64,000 bases of DNA from an uncultured Acidobacteriota bacterium (GCA_963700145.1 OY969474.1:4288001-4352000); one strand, 5' to 3'; positions 1 through 9,994 are shown, counted from the stretch's first letter. Notes: generated by a model from the letters alone, not told the origin. Made by a program: numbers and translations.

Positions 1-967
1 CGAAGAGGAAGGGGTGGCGCTCGCGCCGCCGCAGCCACCCTTCGCGCCAACCGACCACCAGCGCCGCGGGCAGCAGGAAGCTCCAGGGGAAGAAGTCGCC
101 CGGCAGGACGGTCAGGTAGTAGTACCAGGGCTGGAAGTGGTGCCAGGGGTCGGCGTAGCGGGTGACGTTCTGGCGGAAGACGATCTGCTCCAGGTACTCC
201 GGGCCGCCGGCGAGGGCCGCGGGCAGGAGCCAGGCCGCGACGACGGCGGCCCAGAGCAGCAGGCCGCGGCCTAGGCGCAGGCCGCGGAGGCCTTCCCGGC
301 CGTGCGCCAGCGCTCGGTAGGCCAGGATCGAGAGGAGCGGCGGCAGGAGGCCGACCGGGCCCTTGGCGAGGGTGGCTAGGCCGGCGAAGACGAAGAAGAG
401 GTAGGGAAGGGGCTCGCGCCGCCCCCCGCCCAGATCCCTCGCTCTCGCTCGGGATGACATGCCGGGGGCATCGGCGACGCCGACCGTGCTCGCATCCTCG
501 GGGAACTCCCTTCTTACCCAGCACCAGACCGCCGCCGTCACCAGCGCCACGAGCAGCATGTCGATCTGCCCGAAGCGGCCCTGCCAGAGGACCTTGGCGC
601 AGGTGGCGAAGGCGGCGGCGGCGAGGAAGCCGGCGCGGCGGGTGAAGAGGCGCTCGCCGAGCAGGAAGACGAGGAGCACGGCGCCGATCGCCGCCAGCGC
701 CGACGGCAGCCGCGCCGAGGTCTCGTCGACGCCGCCGGTCAGGAGCGACGCCGCGCCGATCGCCCAGAAGAGGAGCGGCGGCTTCTGCGTGTAGACCTCG
801 CCGTTCAGGTGCGGGACGAAGAGGTCGCCGCGCTCGAGCATCTCGCGCGCCACCACCGCGTAGCGCGCCTCGTCGGGGTTCCAGAGGTCGCGCCCGCCGA
901 GCCCGGGCAGGAAGAGGAGGGCCGCCGCTGCGGCCAGCGCCAGGAGGTCGCGCCGCCGGCGGCTCAA
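1..967 (-). CDS. arnT: ArnT/PMT-family (GT39) lipid A glycosyltransferase, 3' end outside window
   Basis: Not in ORF track; manual translation from TTG at 967 gives MSRRRRDLLALAAAAALLFLPGLGGRDLWNPDEARYAVVAREMLERGDLFVPHLNGEVYTQKPPLLFW and later LATLAKGPVG, typical ArnT motifs; start overlaps stop of upstream gene. Confidence 0.85.
   Translation of the reverse strand, partial: MSRRRRDLLALAAAAALLFLPGLGGRDLWNPDEARYAVVAREMLERGDLFVPHLNGEVYTQKPPLLFWAIGAASLLTGGVDETSARLPSALAAIGAVLLVFLLGERLFTRRAGFLAAAAFATCAKVLWQGRFGQIDMLLVALVTAAVWCWVRREFPEDASTVGVADAPGMSSRARARDLGGGRREPLPYLFFVFAGLATLAKGPVGLLPPLLSILAYRALAHGREGLRGLRLGRGLLLWAAVVAAWLLPAALAGGPEYLEQIVFRQNVTRYADPWHHFQPWYYYLTVLPGDFFPWSFLLPAALVVGWREGWLRRRERHPFLF
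431..459 (-). repeat. REP-like palindromic element inside arnT coding sequence
   Basis: Minus strand GTCATCCCGAGCGAGAGCGAGGGATCTG lies within a hydrophilic ~30-aa in-frame loop; resembles a dispersed GTCATCC(C/T)GAGCG..GCGA.GGATCT repeat class (from memory). Confidence 0.5.
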
Positions 968-1266
968 GCGTCGAGGGGGGCCGCGGGCGGCGCCGGCGGC
1001 CGGCCGCCGCGGTGGATGAACCAGAGGTTGCGGCTGTAGATGATGAAGCCGGTCGCCTGCCCGAGGATGAAGACCGGGTCGCGGCGGTGGATGGCGTAGC
1101 TGAGGAGGACTGCGCCCCCCGCCAGGCTCAGGTACCAGAAGGCCTTGGGGATGACGCTCGCCTTGTGCCGCTCGGAGGCGAGCCACTGGACGAAGAAGCG
1201 GCCGAAGAAGAGGGCCTGTCCGAGGAGGCCGATGACGAGCCAGACGGGGTTGAGCTCTTGTGCCAC
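964..1266 (-). CDS. Lipid-A-disaccharide synthase N-terminal domain (LAB_N) membrane protein
   Basis: GLLGQALFFGRFFVQWLASE...SVIPKAFWYLSLAGG...DPVFILGQ...IYSRNL signature. Confidence 0.9.
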   Translation of the reverse strand: MAQELNPVWLVIGLLGQALFFGRFFVQWLASERHKASVIPKAFWYLSLAGGAVLLSYAIHRRDPVFILGQATGFIIYSRNLWFIHRGGRPPAPPAAPLDA

Positions 1267-1985
1267 GGGGTGACCTCCTCCACGTTGCCGCGGTCGATCC
1301 AGCGCGACTGCATCCAGCGCACGGCGAAGAGGTCGGCGAGGCCGCGCCAGAGCCGGTTGCCGATGCCGTACTTGGCCTCCCCGTAGCGCCGCGGCCGGTG
1401 CCGCACCGGCACCTCCTTGACCCGCGCGCCCTCCATGCGCAGGAGCGTGGGGAGGAAGCGGTGCATGCCCTTGAAAACCGGCACCCGCCGCAGGGCCTCG
1501 GTGCGGCAGGCGCGCAGGGTGCAGCCGACGTCGGTCACCCGCTCGTGGGTGAGCCGGTTGCGCACCCCGTTGGCGAGGCGCGAGGAGAGCCGGCGCACCC
1601 AGGTGTCCTGCCGCTCGGTGCGCACGCCGCAGACGACGTCGCAGCCGGCGTCGAGCTCGGCCAGCAGGCGCGGGATGTCGGCCGGGTCGTTCTGCAGGTC
1701 GGCGTCGAGGGTGACGGTGACCGGCGCCCGGGCGTGCGCGAAGCCGGCGGCGAGGGCCGCCGACTGGCCGCTGTTGCGCCCCAGCCGCAGCACCCGGATG
1801 CGCGGGTCCGCCACCGCCAGCCGCGCCAGCGCCGCCGGCGAGCCGTCGGTCGAGCCGTCGTCCACAAGCAGCAGCTCGTAGTCGGGCGCCGCCGCCATCG
1901 CCGCCGCGATCTCGGCGGCCAGGACCGGCAGGCTCTCCTCCTCGTTGTAGACCGGGACGACGATGGAGACCCGGGGCTGGCTCAT
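1128..1985 (-). CDS. GT2 glycosyltransferase, ArnC/dolichol-phosphate mannosyltransferase-like
   Basis: VSIVVPVYNEE, VDDGSTD, NSGQSAA, DADLQNDP, HRFLP motifs; start moved to ATG 1985. Confidence 0.9.
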   Translation of the reverse strand: MSQPRVSIVVPVYNEEESLPVLAAEIAAAMAAAPDYELLLVDDGSTDGSPAALARLAVADPRIRVLRLGRNSGQSAALAAGFAHARAPVTVTLDADLQNDPADIPRLLAELDAGCDVVCGVRTERQDTWVRRLSSRLANGVRNRLTHERVTDVGCTLRACRTEALRRVPVFKGMHRFLPTLLRMEGARVKEVPVRHRPRRYGEAKYGIGNRLWRGLADLFAVRWMQSRWIDRGNVEEVTPWHKSSTPSGSSSASSDRPSSSAASSSSGSPPSGTRRASSPRPSGT

Positions 1986-2077
1986 GCGCGCCGGTATCTT
2001 ACGCCGCCCCGTCGGCCCGCCTGTGCGACAATCCAAGGGGCGCGGGCCCGCGTAGGAAAACCCGCGGAGGGAATGCC

Positions 2078-2611
2078 GTGATGGGATGGTTCACAAAAAG
2101 GTTGGCCGCCGCCGCGGCGGTGGCCGTGGTCCTGCTCGGGGCTCGGCCCGCGACCGCGCAGTCGCCGGTCGCGGTCGAGGTCAGCGGCGGCGTCCACGAG
2201 GTGCTGGGCGAAGGCGACGTCGCGGAAGCCGGGGTGGAGCTGTTGGGCGGCCCCCTCCAGCTGCCGGGCCTGCCGCGCTTCGTCCCCGACCCGGCGCCGA
2301 TCGGCGGCTTCATGGCGGCCGGCGACGGCTCCGTCTACGCCTACGGAGGCTTCCGGCTCGACTTCCCGTTGACCCGCCGCTTCACCGTCTCCCCCAACTG
2401 GGCCGTGGGCCTTTACGACAAAGGGGACGGGCGCGACCTCGGCGGGGCGCTGGAGTTCCGCTCGGCGCTCGACCTCGCGTTCCGGGTGAGCCGGCGCGCC
2501 GCCGTCGGGCTCTCCTTCTACCACCTCTCGAACGCCGGGATTTACGACCTGAATCCGGGAACCGAGTCCTTGGTCGTCACCTGGTCCTGGGTCGGCGACG
2601 CCGGGCGCTAG
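2078..2611 (+). CDS. pagL: Lipid A 3-O-deacylase (PagL / acyloxyacyl hydrolase family) outer-membrane protein
   Basis: Signal peptide; DLGGALEFRS and catalytic HLSNAG..NPG motif. Confidence 0.85.
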   Translation: MMGWFTKRLAAAAAVAVVLLGARPATAQSPVAVEVSGGVHEVLGEGDVAEAGVELLGGPLQLPGLPRFVPDPAPIGGFMAAGDGSVYAYGGFRLDFPLTRRFTVSPNWAVGLYDKGDGRDLGGALEFRSALDLAFRVSRRAAVGLSFYHLSNAGIYDLNPGTESLVVTWSWVGDAGR

Positions 2612-2658
2612 GGCTCGGCCGCTTCGTGCTATCGTCCTGAGTCCGAAGGGGAAACGCG

Positions 2659-2910
2659 ATGGCGGTCGATCCGGAGCTGCTCGAGATCCTGGTCTGTCCC
2701 AAGAGCAAGGGGGAGCTGGAGCTCGTCGAGCTGCCGCAGGAGGTACGCGGGGCGCTGGTCGAGAAGTACCGCGAGCACTTCCGCGACGAGGAGCCGGTGG
2801 TCGAGTCCGGGCTCTACTGCGCGCAGTCCGCTCTGGTCTACCCGATCGTCTCCGACATCCCGATCATGCTGATCGACGAAGCGCTCCCGGCTTCCGTCCT
2901 CGGCAAGTAG
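2659..2910 (+). CDS. Trm112/YcaR family protein
   Basis: LLEILVCP.SKGEL ... YPIVSDIPIMLIDEA. Confidence 0.85.
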   Translation: MAVDPELLEILVCPKSKGELELVELPQEVRGALVEKYREHFRDEEPVVESGLYCAQSALVYPIVSDIPIMLIDEALPASVLGK

Positions 2911-2941
2911 ACCGCGGCGGCGGTCCGCGCCGCGCACCCAC

Positions 2942-4219
2942 GTGAGAATGCCGGTCGAGCTCGCCCTCCCGCCGCCGGCGCCGCCCGCCGCGGGGCCGGC
3001 GCCGGTCGAGCCCGCCGCGCCCGCCGCCGGCGCGGCGCCCTCCTTCGCCGGCCGCCTCGGCTACTGGCTCTTCGCGGCGCACCTCCTCGCCGTCCCGACG
3101 CTCGCGATCTCGAACGGCTTCCTCGGCCTGGCGCTCCTGGTGGCGCCGGCCGCGGCGCGGCGGACGCGCGTCCCCTGGCGGGCGCTCCTGCCGCTGACCG
3201 TGCCGCTCGGCCTCTACCTCCTGCTCCTGCTGGCCTCGATCGCCGGCTCCTACGACGTCCGCACCAGCCTGCGGTCGACGACCGAGCTGTTCAACTTCGC
3301 GCCGCTTCTCCTGGCGCCGATCTTCGTGCGCGGCGAGCGATCGGTGCGGCGGCTGGTCGCCGGGTTCGAGATCCTCGGCGGGTTGCTCGCCGTCTGGGGG
3401 CTGGTGCAGGTCTGGATGGGGCAGGGGGACCTCGACCAGCGCATCCGCGGCCCCTTCTCCCACTGGATGACCTACGCCGGCGTGCTCCTGGTCTGCGACC
3501 TCCTGCTGCTGGCCTCGGTCACCGTGCGGCGCGGCTGGCGGAGCCCGTGGCGCTGGGCCGGGCTCGTCCTCGTCAACCTGGCGCTCCTCCAGAGCCTCAC
3601 CCGCAGCGCCTGGGTGGCGCTGGGGGTGGCGGTGACCGTCCTCCTCCTGGTGCGGGCGCCGAAGCTCCTCCTCGCCTATCCGGTCGTGGCGGCGCTCTTC
3701 ATCCTGCTGGCGCCGGTGCCTCTCCTCCACCGCATGACCTCGATCGTGGACCTCGACGACATCTCGAACTACGACCGGGTGTGCATGGCCGAGGCGGGCC
3801 TGCGCATGATCGCCGACCGGCCGCTCTTCGGCCTCGGGCCGCAGATGGTCGAGCGGCGCTACCCGATCTACCGCACGCCGACGGCGCCGCGCTACACGGT
3901 GCCGCACCTGCACAACAACCCGCTGCAGATCGCCGCCGAGCGCGGCCTGCCGGCGCTCGCCGCCGGGCTGGCGCTGATGCTCGCGAGCTTCCTCGTCGCC
4001 TTCCGCCGCTACCGCGCCGAGGGGGGGCGGCGCGGGCCGCGCGCCGACCTCTACCTCGGGGTGATGCTGGCGCTCCTCGCCTTCAACACGGCGGGTCTCT
4101 TCGAGAACAACTGGGGCGACACGGAAGTCCAGCGCGTGGTGCTCTTCGTCCTGGCGATCCCCTTCTGCCTGGCCGCCGCCGAGCGCTCCGGCAACGCCGC
4201 GCCGGCGCCGGCCGCATGA
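2942..4219 (+). CDS. O-antigen ligase (WaaL/Wzy_C) family membrane protein
   Basis: Many TM helices; SLTRSAW, PLFGLGP, HLHNNPLQIAAERG motifs. Confidence 0.85.
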   Translation: MRMPVELALPPPAPPAAGPAPVEPAAPAAGAAPSFAGRLGYWLFAAHLLAVPTLAISNGFLGLALLVAPAAARRTRVPWRALLPLTVPLGLYLLLLLASIAGSYDVRTSLRSTTELFNFAPLLLAPIFVRGERSVRRLVAGFEILGGLLAVWGLVQVWMGQGDLDQRIRGPFSHWMTYAGVLLVCDLLLLASVTVRRGWRSPWRWAGLVLVNLALLQSLTRSAWVALGVAVTVLLLVRAPKLLLAYPVVAALFILLAPVPLLHRMTSIVDLDDISNYDRVCMAEAGLRMIADRPLFGLGPQMVERRYPIYRTPTAPRYTVPHLHNNPLQIAAERGLPALAAGLALMLASFLVAFRRYRAEGGRRGPRADLYLGVMLALLAFNTAGLFENNWGDTEVQRVVLFVLAIPFCLAAAERSGNAAPAPAA

Positions 4220-5007
4220 GCGGCACACCCGTTGCAAGCGGCGCCACCCGGGACGACTGGAGAATCAACGATTTGCGCCTCGATCAGCTGCTCGTCGAGC
4301 GGGGGCTCTTCCCGTCGCGGGAGCAGGCGCGCCGCGCGGTGATGGCCGGGGTCGTCGAGGTCGAGGGGCGGCGGGTGGACAAGCCGGGGACGGCGGTGGG
4401 GGAGGCGGCGCGGATCGACCTTCTGGCGCGCGAGCCCTTCGTCTCGCGCGCCGGCCGGAAGCTGGCGCACGCCCTCGACCGCTTCGGGGTCGATCCCGCC
4501 GGCTGGGTCTGTCTCGACGTCGGAGCGTCCACCGGCGGCTTCACCGACTGTCTCCTCCAGCGCGGCGCGGCGCGCGTCTACGCCGTGGACGTTGGCTACG
4601 GCCAGCTCGACCAGCGGCTGCGCCAGGACCCGCGGGTGGTGGTCATGGAGCGGGTCAACGCCCGCCACCTCGCCGCCGACGCCCTGCCCGAGCCGGTGCG
4701 GCTCGCCGTCTTCGACCTCTCCTTCATCTCGCTCGCCAAGGTGGTGCCGGCGGTGGTGCCGCACGTCGAGCCCGGCGGGCTCCTCCTGCCGCTCGTCAAG
4801 CCGCAGTTCGAGGCCGGGCGCGGCGCGGTGGGGAAGGGCGGCATCCTGCGCGACGAGGCGGTGCGCGCCTCGACGGTGCGCGCGACCGCCGAGGCCCTCG
4901 CGGGGCTGGGTCTCGAGCTCCTCGGCGTCGAGGACTCCGCGGTGCCCGGCGCCGGCGGCAACCGCGAGGCGTTCGCTCTCCTCAGGAAGCCCGAGGCCGC
5001 CGGGTGA
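4216..5007 (+). CDS. tlyA: TlyA family rRNA methyltransferase
   Basis: RLDQLLVERG S4 domain, FVSRAGRKL, LDVGASTGGFTD, LVKPQFEAG, GNRE; ATGA overlap at 4216. Confidence 0.95.
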   Translation: MSGTPVASGATRDDWRINDLRLDQLLVERGLFPSREQARRAVMAGVVEVEGRRVDKPGTAVGEAARIDLLAREPFVSRAGRKLAHALDRFGVDPAGWVCLDVGASTGGFTDCLLQRGAARVYAVDVGYGQLDQRLRQDPRVVVMERVNARHLAADALPEPVRLAVFDLSFISLAKVVPAVVPHVEPGGLLLPLVKPQFEAGRGAVGKGGILRDEAVRASTVRATAEALAGLGLELLGVEDSAVPGAGGNREAFALLRKPEAAG

Positions 5008-5927
5008 GCCGCCGCCGCCGCTTCGAGAAGATCGGCGTCGTCGCCAAGGTGGCGAGCCGCGACGCGGTGCGCACCGCCCACGAGCTGGCCGAGTGGCTGC
5101 GCCGCCGCGGCCTCGAGGTGGCGCTCGACGAGGCGACGCTGCGCGCCCAGGGGGCGCCGCAGGAGGGCGCCTTCGAGCCGGGCGGCGACTACGACCTCGT
5201 CGTGGTCCTCGGCGGCGACGGCACCCTCCTCGCCACCGCCCGCACGCTCGCCGAAGGGGTGCCGATCCTCGGCGTCAACCTCGGCAGCCTCGGCTTCCTG
5301 ACCGAGATCCACCGCGCCGACCTCTACCCGACGCTCGTCCAGGTGCTCGCCGGCCGCTTCGCCACCGAGCAGCGGCGCCTCCTCGACATCGAGCTGCGCC
5401 GCGCCGCCGGCGGCAACGGCGCCTCCTACCGCGTGCTCAACGACGCGGTGATCACCAAGGGAGCGCTGGCGCGGATCATCGAGCTGTCGATCCGCGTCGA
5501 CGGCCACCTCGTGGCGCGCTACCGCTCGGACGGGCTGATCGTCTCCACACCCACCGGCTCGACCGCCTACAACCTCTCGGCCGGCGGCCCGATCCTCCAT
5601 CCCCTCCTGGCGGTGGCGGTGCTGACGCCGATCTGCCCGCACACCCTGTCGCTGCGCCCGCTCGTGGTGCCCGACGGCGCGGCGGTCGAGGTGACGCTCG
5701 AGACCCAGCGCGAGGAGGTGTACCTCACCCTCGACGGCCAGGAGGGGACCTCGCTCGGCTGCGGCGACACGGTGAAGGCGACGCGCAGCCGCTCGAAGGT
5801 GCGGCTGGTCAAGACCGGCGGCCGCACCTTCTACGACGCCCTGCGCGGCAAGCTCCGCTGGGGCGGGCTGGAGGCGGCGGAGGGGCCGGAGGGGCCGGAA
5901 GGACCGGAAGTGGCGGGCAAGCCGTGA
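5004..5927 (+). CDS. nadK: NAD(+) kinase
   Basis: GGDGT, LGVNLGSLGFL, LND, DGLIVSTPTGSTAYNLSAGGP. Confidence 0.95.
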   Translation: MSRRRRFEKIGVVAKVASRDAVRTAHELAEWLRRRGLEVALDEATLRAQGAPQEGAFEPGGDYDLVVVLGGDGTLLATARTLAEGVPILGVNLGSLGFLTEIHRADLYPTLVQVLAGRFATEQRRLLDIELRRAAGGNGASYRVLNDAVITKGALARIIELSIRVDGHLVARYRSDGLIVSTPTGSTAYNLSAGGPILHPLLAVAVLTPICPHTLSLRPLVVPDGAAVEVTLETQREEVYLTLDGQEGTSLGCGDTVKATRSRSKVRLVKTGGRTFYDALRGKLRWGGLEAAEGPEGPEGPEVAGKP

Positions 5928-8900
5928 GCGAGCGCGACGGGCTGCCGCCCGAGCCGCCGCCGGCGGCCGACGTGCCGCCGCCGGCGCCGGCCGCCGCCGA
6001 GCTCGGGAGCCTGCCGCCGCGCCCGGTCGGCGGCGGCCCGGGCCGCGTCCGCCGCTGGGTCATCAGGCCGGTGGTCTGGGGGCTGCTCGTCGTGGTCCTG
6101 GCGCTCACCGCCCTCCTCCTCTTCTCGCAGAGCGAGCTGGCGCACCGCCGCGCGGCGGCGCTGGTCGTGGCGCGCCTCTCCGAGACCCTCGGCCGGCAGG
6201 TGCAGGTCGGCGGCGTCGACTACGATCTCTTTCCCCTCGCCTTCGAGCTGCACGACGTGGTGGTGCCCGGCGCCCGCCCCGGCGAGCCGCCGTTCGCGGT
6301 GGTGCCGGTCATCCGCATCCAGGCCACCTGGCGCGACCTGCGCAAACGCGTCCTCGCGCTCGAGCAGATCGAGGTCCTGCGGCCGCGCGTCAACCTCGTC
6401 TTCTTCCCCGACGGCACGTCGAACGTCCCCTCGCTGCGCGGCCGCCAGGGGGGCAAGCAGCGCTTCGAGGTGCGGATCGGCCGCGTCCTGGTGCAGGACG
6501 GCCGCCTGCGCGTCGATCAGCGGGAGCTGCCGCTGGAGCTCGACGCGCGCGCCGTCTGGGGGCGGCTGACGGGGCGGGAGCCGGACATCCTCGACGGCCT
6601 GGTGACGGCGCAGCAGGTGGTCGTCACCCTCCCCGACGCCCGGCCCTACCGCTTGACCCTCTCCGCCCGCGGCAGCTTCTCGCCGGGCGTCATCCGGATC
6701 GTCGCCGGGCGCTTCTCGGCGCCGGAGGTGCGCGGCACCGTGGCCGGCACCTACGAGTGGGAGGGGACGAAGAAGACGATGGGCCTGGACCTCGAAGCCT
6801 CCGGGCTGGCGCAGCTCGCCAACGCGCTGGGGTACGCGGAGGAGCCGATCGAGGGGCCCTGGACGACGCGCGGGCGGCTGACGATGGACGGCGCGAAGTG
6901 GCGCTTCGCCGGTGCCGTCGCATCGCCGCAGATCGCGACGCTGGGGCGGGTTTTCCGCGACATCGAGGCGGACCTGACCGTCGAGCCCGGGTCGGTCGTC
7001 GCCGAGAACGCCCACGCGCACTACGCCGGCGGCACGGTGCGCGGCACCGTGCTGGTGGACACCGACGCCGAGACGCCGGAGGGCGCGGGGCAGCCGATCG
7101 AGCTGGACCTCGACCTGGCCGGCCTCGACCTCGCGAGCCTCCTCGCGGACCAGGACATGCCGCTCCCCGGCGCGGCGGCGCGGATCAGCGGGCCGTTCAC
7201 GTACCGCTTCCTCTCCGCCGACGCGCTCGCCGGCAGCGGCGCGGCCACCTTGCGGCTCGAAGGGACGGCGGGGGCGGAGCCGGCGAGCCGCCGCGTGCTG
7301 CCGATCTCCGGCACGGTCGAGCTGGCGATCGCGGACGGCGTCGTCTCGACCGAAGGCGCCCGGCTGACCGCGCCCGAGCAGGCGCTCTTCGCCAGCGGCT
7401 CCTACTCGCTGCCGGCCGGCCGCGGCCGCTTCGAGCTGCGGCTCGAGACCGGCGACCTCGGGCGTCTGGCGGTGATGGTGCCGGTCGAGGGCGAGCCGCC
7501 GGCCTGGCTCCCCACCGCCGGCCGCGGCCAGGCGGCGGGCACGCTGGAGATCGCCGACGGCGAGTTCACCCTCGCCACGACGCTCGACCTCACCGCCGTG
7601 GCGGCGCCGGCCCTCGAAGCCGACCGCCTGACCGGCACCCTGACCTACTCGCCGGAGGCGATCCGCGACCTGCGCCTCACCGCGACGCGCGGCGACGGGA
7701 GCCTGGCGGTGACCGGCACGGTCCCGCTCCCCGACGGCGGCGGCGGCGGGCGGCCGCTGGTGCTGGCGGTGCAGGCCAACTCCTGGCCGCTGGCGGGCGC
7801 CGCCGACCTCTTCCCCGGCCTGCCGCCCGTCACCGGCACCGCCACCGGCCAGGTCGATCTGCGCGGCACCGTCGACGACCTCGGCGGCGAGGCGGTGCTG
7901 GCGCTCGCCGACTTGACACTTTCGGGGCACGAGCTGGGGGAGGCGCAGGTGGACGTCGTCTTCTCCGGGCCGGTCGTCACCCTGCGGCGGGCGCAGGTCT
8001 TCGCCCCGGCGGGGGAGCTCCTGGCGAGCGGCCGCATCGACCGCCGGACCGGCGAGCTGACCTTCACCGCCGACGCGCCGGCGCTCGACCTCGAAAAGCA
8101 ACCGCTGCGCGGGCTCCTCACCGGCGAGATGTCCGGCATCGTCACGCTGCGCGCCGCCGCCGGCGGCACGCTGGAAGAGCCGAACGGGCGCCTCTCGCTC
8201 ACCGGCACCGACCTGCGCGTCGGCGGGCGGTCGCTGCCGGAAGGGAGCACGACGCAGCTCTCGGCGGTCTGGGACGGCCGCCAGCTCACCGCCGAAGGGT
8301 CGCTCGCCGGGCTCCTCACGCTCAACGGCGGCGGCCGGCTCGACCGCCGCGGCGCCGAGCTGGTCTTCGCCGTCCAGAGCCACGACCTCGGCACGATCGC
8401 CCGCATCGCCTCGCCGCGGCCGCTGCCGGAGTTCAGCGGCCGGCTGGTGGGGGAGCTGCGCGTGGCCGGGGAGTTCACCGAAGGCGGCAACCTCCAGGCG
8501 CGCCTGACGGTCCCGGAGCTCGCCCTCGCCTACCAGGACCAGACCCTCGCCAACGTCGAGCCGGTGGTCTTGACCTGGACGCCCGAGGCGCTGCGCGTCG
8601 AGTCCCTCTACCTGCGCGAGCCGCAGACCGAGAGCGACCTCTTCCTGACCGGCACGATCGGCCTGGGGGCCACACCCAACCCGCTCGACCTGCGCCTGCA
8701 GAGCACGGTCTCGGCGCGCTGGGCGGAGGTGGTCCTGCCCGGCGTCCAGATGTCGGGCTACCTCGACCTCCTCGCCTCGGTGCGCGGCACGACCGACGAC
8801 CCCGCCCTCGACGGCGTGGGCGAGCTGCGGCAGGCGCGGCTCATCCTGCCCAACTTCCCGCACGCCTTCGAGGAGCTGACCGGCACTGTCCTCCTCTACC

Positions 8901-9994
8901 GCGACGCGGTCGTCGTCGACCGGGTGTCGGCGCGCGTCGCCGGCGGCACCGTGCTGGCCTCCGGCCGGCTCGGCATCTTCGGCGACGAGCGCCCCGACGC
9001 CTACCGCTTCCAGCTCTCGGCCAACGACGTCTCGCTGCGCTACCCGGAGGGGTTCCTGATCCGCGGCGACGCCGAGCTGTCGCTGGTCGGCGGCCAGACC
9101 ACGCGCCAGCTCCGCGGCATCGTGACGCTCGACCGCGCCTACTACCTCCAGGACGTCGAGACCGGCACCTTCCAGCTCCTCCAGCGCGTGCTGCAGCGCG
9201 AGCGGCTGGAGATCGCCGAGACCGACCCGTTCCTGGCCTCGACGCAGCTCAACGTCCAGGTGCTGGGTCCCGAGGCCTTGCGCGTGCGCAACAACGTCGC
9301 CGACCTGACCGGAGGCCTCGAGCTCGTGCTGCGCGGTACGCTGGCGGCGCCGGTCGTCGTCGGCGAGGTGGAGCTGGTGCCCGGCGGCAAGCTCGTCTAC
9401 GCCGACAACGAGTACGAGATCGAGCGCGGGCGCCTGACCTTCAACAACCCCTACCGCATCGACCCGGTGATCGACCTCGTGGCCCGCACCGAGGTGCGCA
9501 ACTACGACATCCTCCTCTCCCTCTCCGGCACGCTCGAGCGGCTCAACGCCAAGTTCACCTCCGACGAGGGGCTGGCCGACCTCGAGGTCCTGGCGCTCCT
9601 CGCCACCGGCAAGGAGCTGGAAGGGGAGGGGCGCCTCTTCATCCCCGGGCAGCGGCCGGCGGACGAGGAGGGCGGCGCGGGAGCGCGCGGCTTCCTCTAC
9701 GGCCAGGCGGCCTCGGTGGTCTCGAAGCGGGTCTCGGCACTCTTCGGCTTCGACCGCTTCCGCATCGACCCGCTCGCCTCGACCGAGACCGGCACGGTCG
9801 GCGGCGTCCGCCTGACGGTGGGCAAGCGCATCTCGAAGGACCTCTTCGTCACCTACTCGAGCAACCCGGCGTCCTCCGAAGAGTACCTGCTGCGCGTCGA
9901 GTGGCAGGTGCGCGACAACGTCGTTCTGGTGCTGACCCGCGACGGCCAGGACGAGACCTTCGCCGTCGACGCCGAGTGGGAGAAGCGCTTTTGA
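5924..9994 (+). CDS. tamB: Translocation and assembly module TamB (AsmA-like) protein
   Basis: N-terminal TM anchor, long beta-rich body, C-terminal DUF490-like end (LTVGKRISKDLFVTYS...EWEKRF); GTGA overlap at 5924. Confidence 0.85.
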   Translation: MSERDGLPPEPPPAADVPPPAPAAAELGSLPPRPVGGGPGRVRRWVIRPVVWGLLVVVLALTALLLFSQSELAHRRAAALVVARLSETLGRQVQVGGVDYDLFPLAFELHDVVVPGARPGEPPFAVVPVIRIQATWRDLRKRVLALEQIEVLRPRVNLVFFPDGTSNVPSLRGRQGGKQRFEVRIGRVLVQDGRLRVDQRELPLELDARAVWGRLTGREPDILDGLVTAQQVVVTLPDARPYRLTLSARGSFSPGVIRIVAGRFSAPEVRGTVAGTYEWEGTKKTMGLDLEASGLAQLANALGYAEEPIEGPWTTRGRLTMDGAKWRFAGAVASPQIATLGRVFRDIEADLTVEPGSVVAENAHAHYAGGTVRGTVLVDTDAETPEGAGQPIELDLDLAGLDLASLLADQDMPLPGAAARISGPFTYRFLSADALAGSGAATLRLEGTAGAEPASRRVLPISGTVELAIADGVVSTEGARLTAPEQALFASGSYSLPAGRGRFELRLETGDLGRLAVMVPVEGEPPAWLPTAGRGQAAGTLEIADGEFTLATTLDLTAVAAPALEADRLTGTLTYSPEAIRDLRLTATRGDGSLAVTGTVPLPDGGGGGRPLVLAVQANSWPLAGAADLFPGLPPVTGTATGQVDLRGTVDDLGGEAVLALADLTLSGHELGEAQVDVVFSGPVVTLRRAQVFAPAGELLASGRIDRRTGELTFTADAPALDLEKQPLRGLLTGEMSGIVTLRAAAGGTLEEPNGRLSLTGTDLRVGGRSLPEGSTTQLSAVWDGRQLTAEGSLAGLLTLNGGGRLDRRGAELVFAVQSHDLGTIARIASPRPLPEFSGRLVGELRVAGEFTEGGNLQARLTVPELALAYQDQTLANVEPVVLTWTPEALRVESLYLREPQTESDLFLTGTIGLGATPNPLDLRLQSTVSARWAEVVLPGVQMSGYLDLLASVRGTTDDPALDGVGELRQARLILPNFPHAFEELTGTVLLYRDAVVVDRVSARVAGGTVLASGRLGIFGDERPDAYRFQLSANDVSLRYPEGFLIRGDAELSLVGGQTTRQLRGIVTLDRAYYLQDVETGTFQLLQRVLQRERLEIAETDPFLASTQLNVQVLGPEALRVRNNVADLTGGLELVLRGTLAAPVVVGEVELVPGGKLVYADNEYEIERGRLTFNNPYRIDPVIDLVARTEVRNYDILLSLSGTLERLNAKFTSDEGLADLEVLALLATGKELEGEGRLFIPGQRPADEEGGAGARGFLYGQAASVVSKRVSALFGFDRFRIDPLASTETGTVGGVRLTVGKRISKDLFVTYSSNPASSEEYLLRVEWQVRDNVVLVLTRDGQDETFAVDAEWEKRF

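Noticed and set aside
5879-5910. 9-bp repeat (EGP x3) at the nadK 3' end, and the poly-Gly GGY run at 62224-62250
   Set aside because: In-frame low-complexity linkers; no sign of phase variation.
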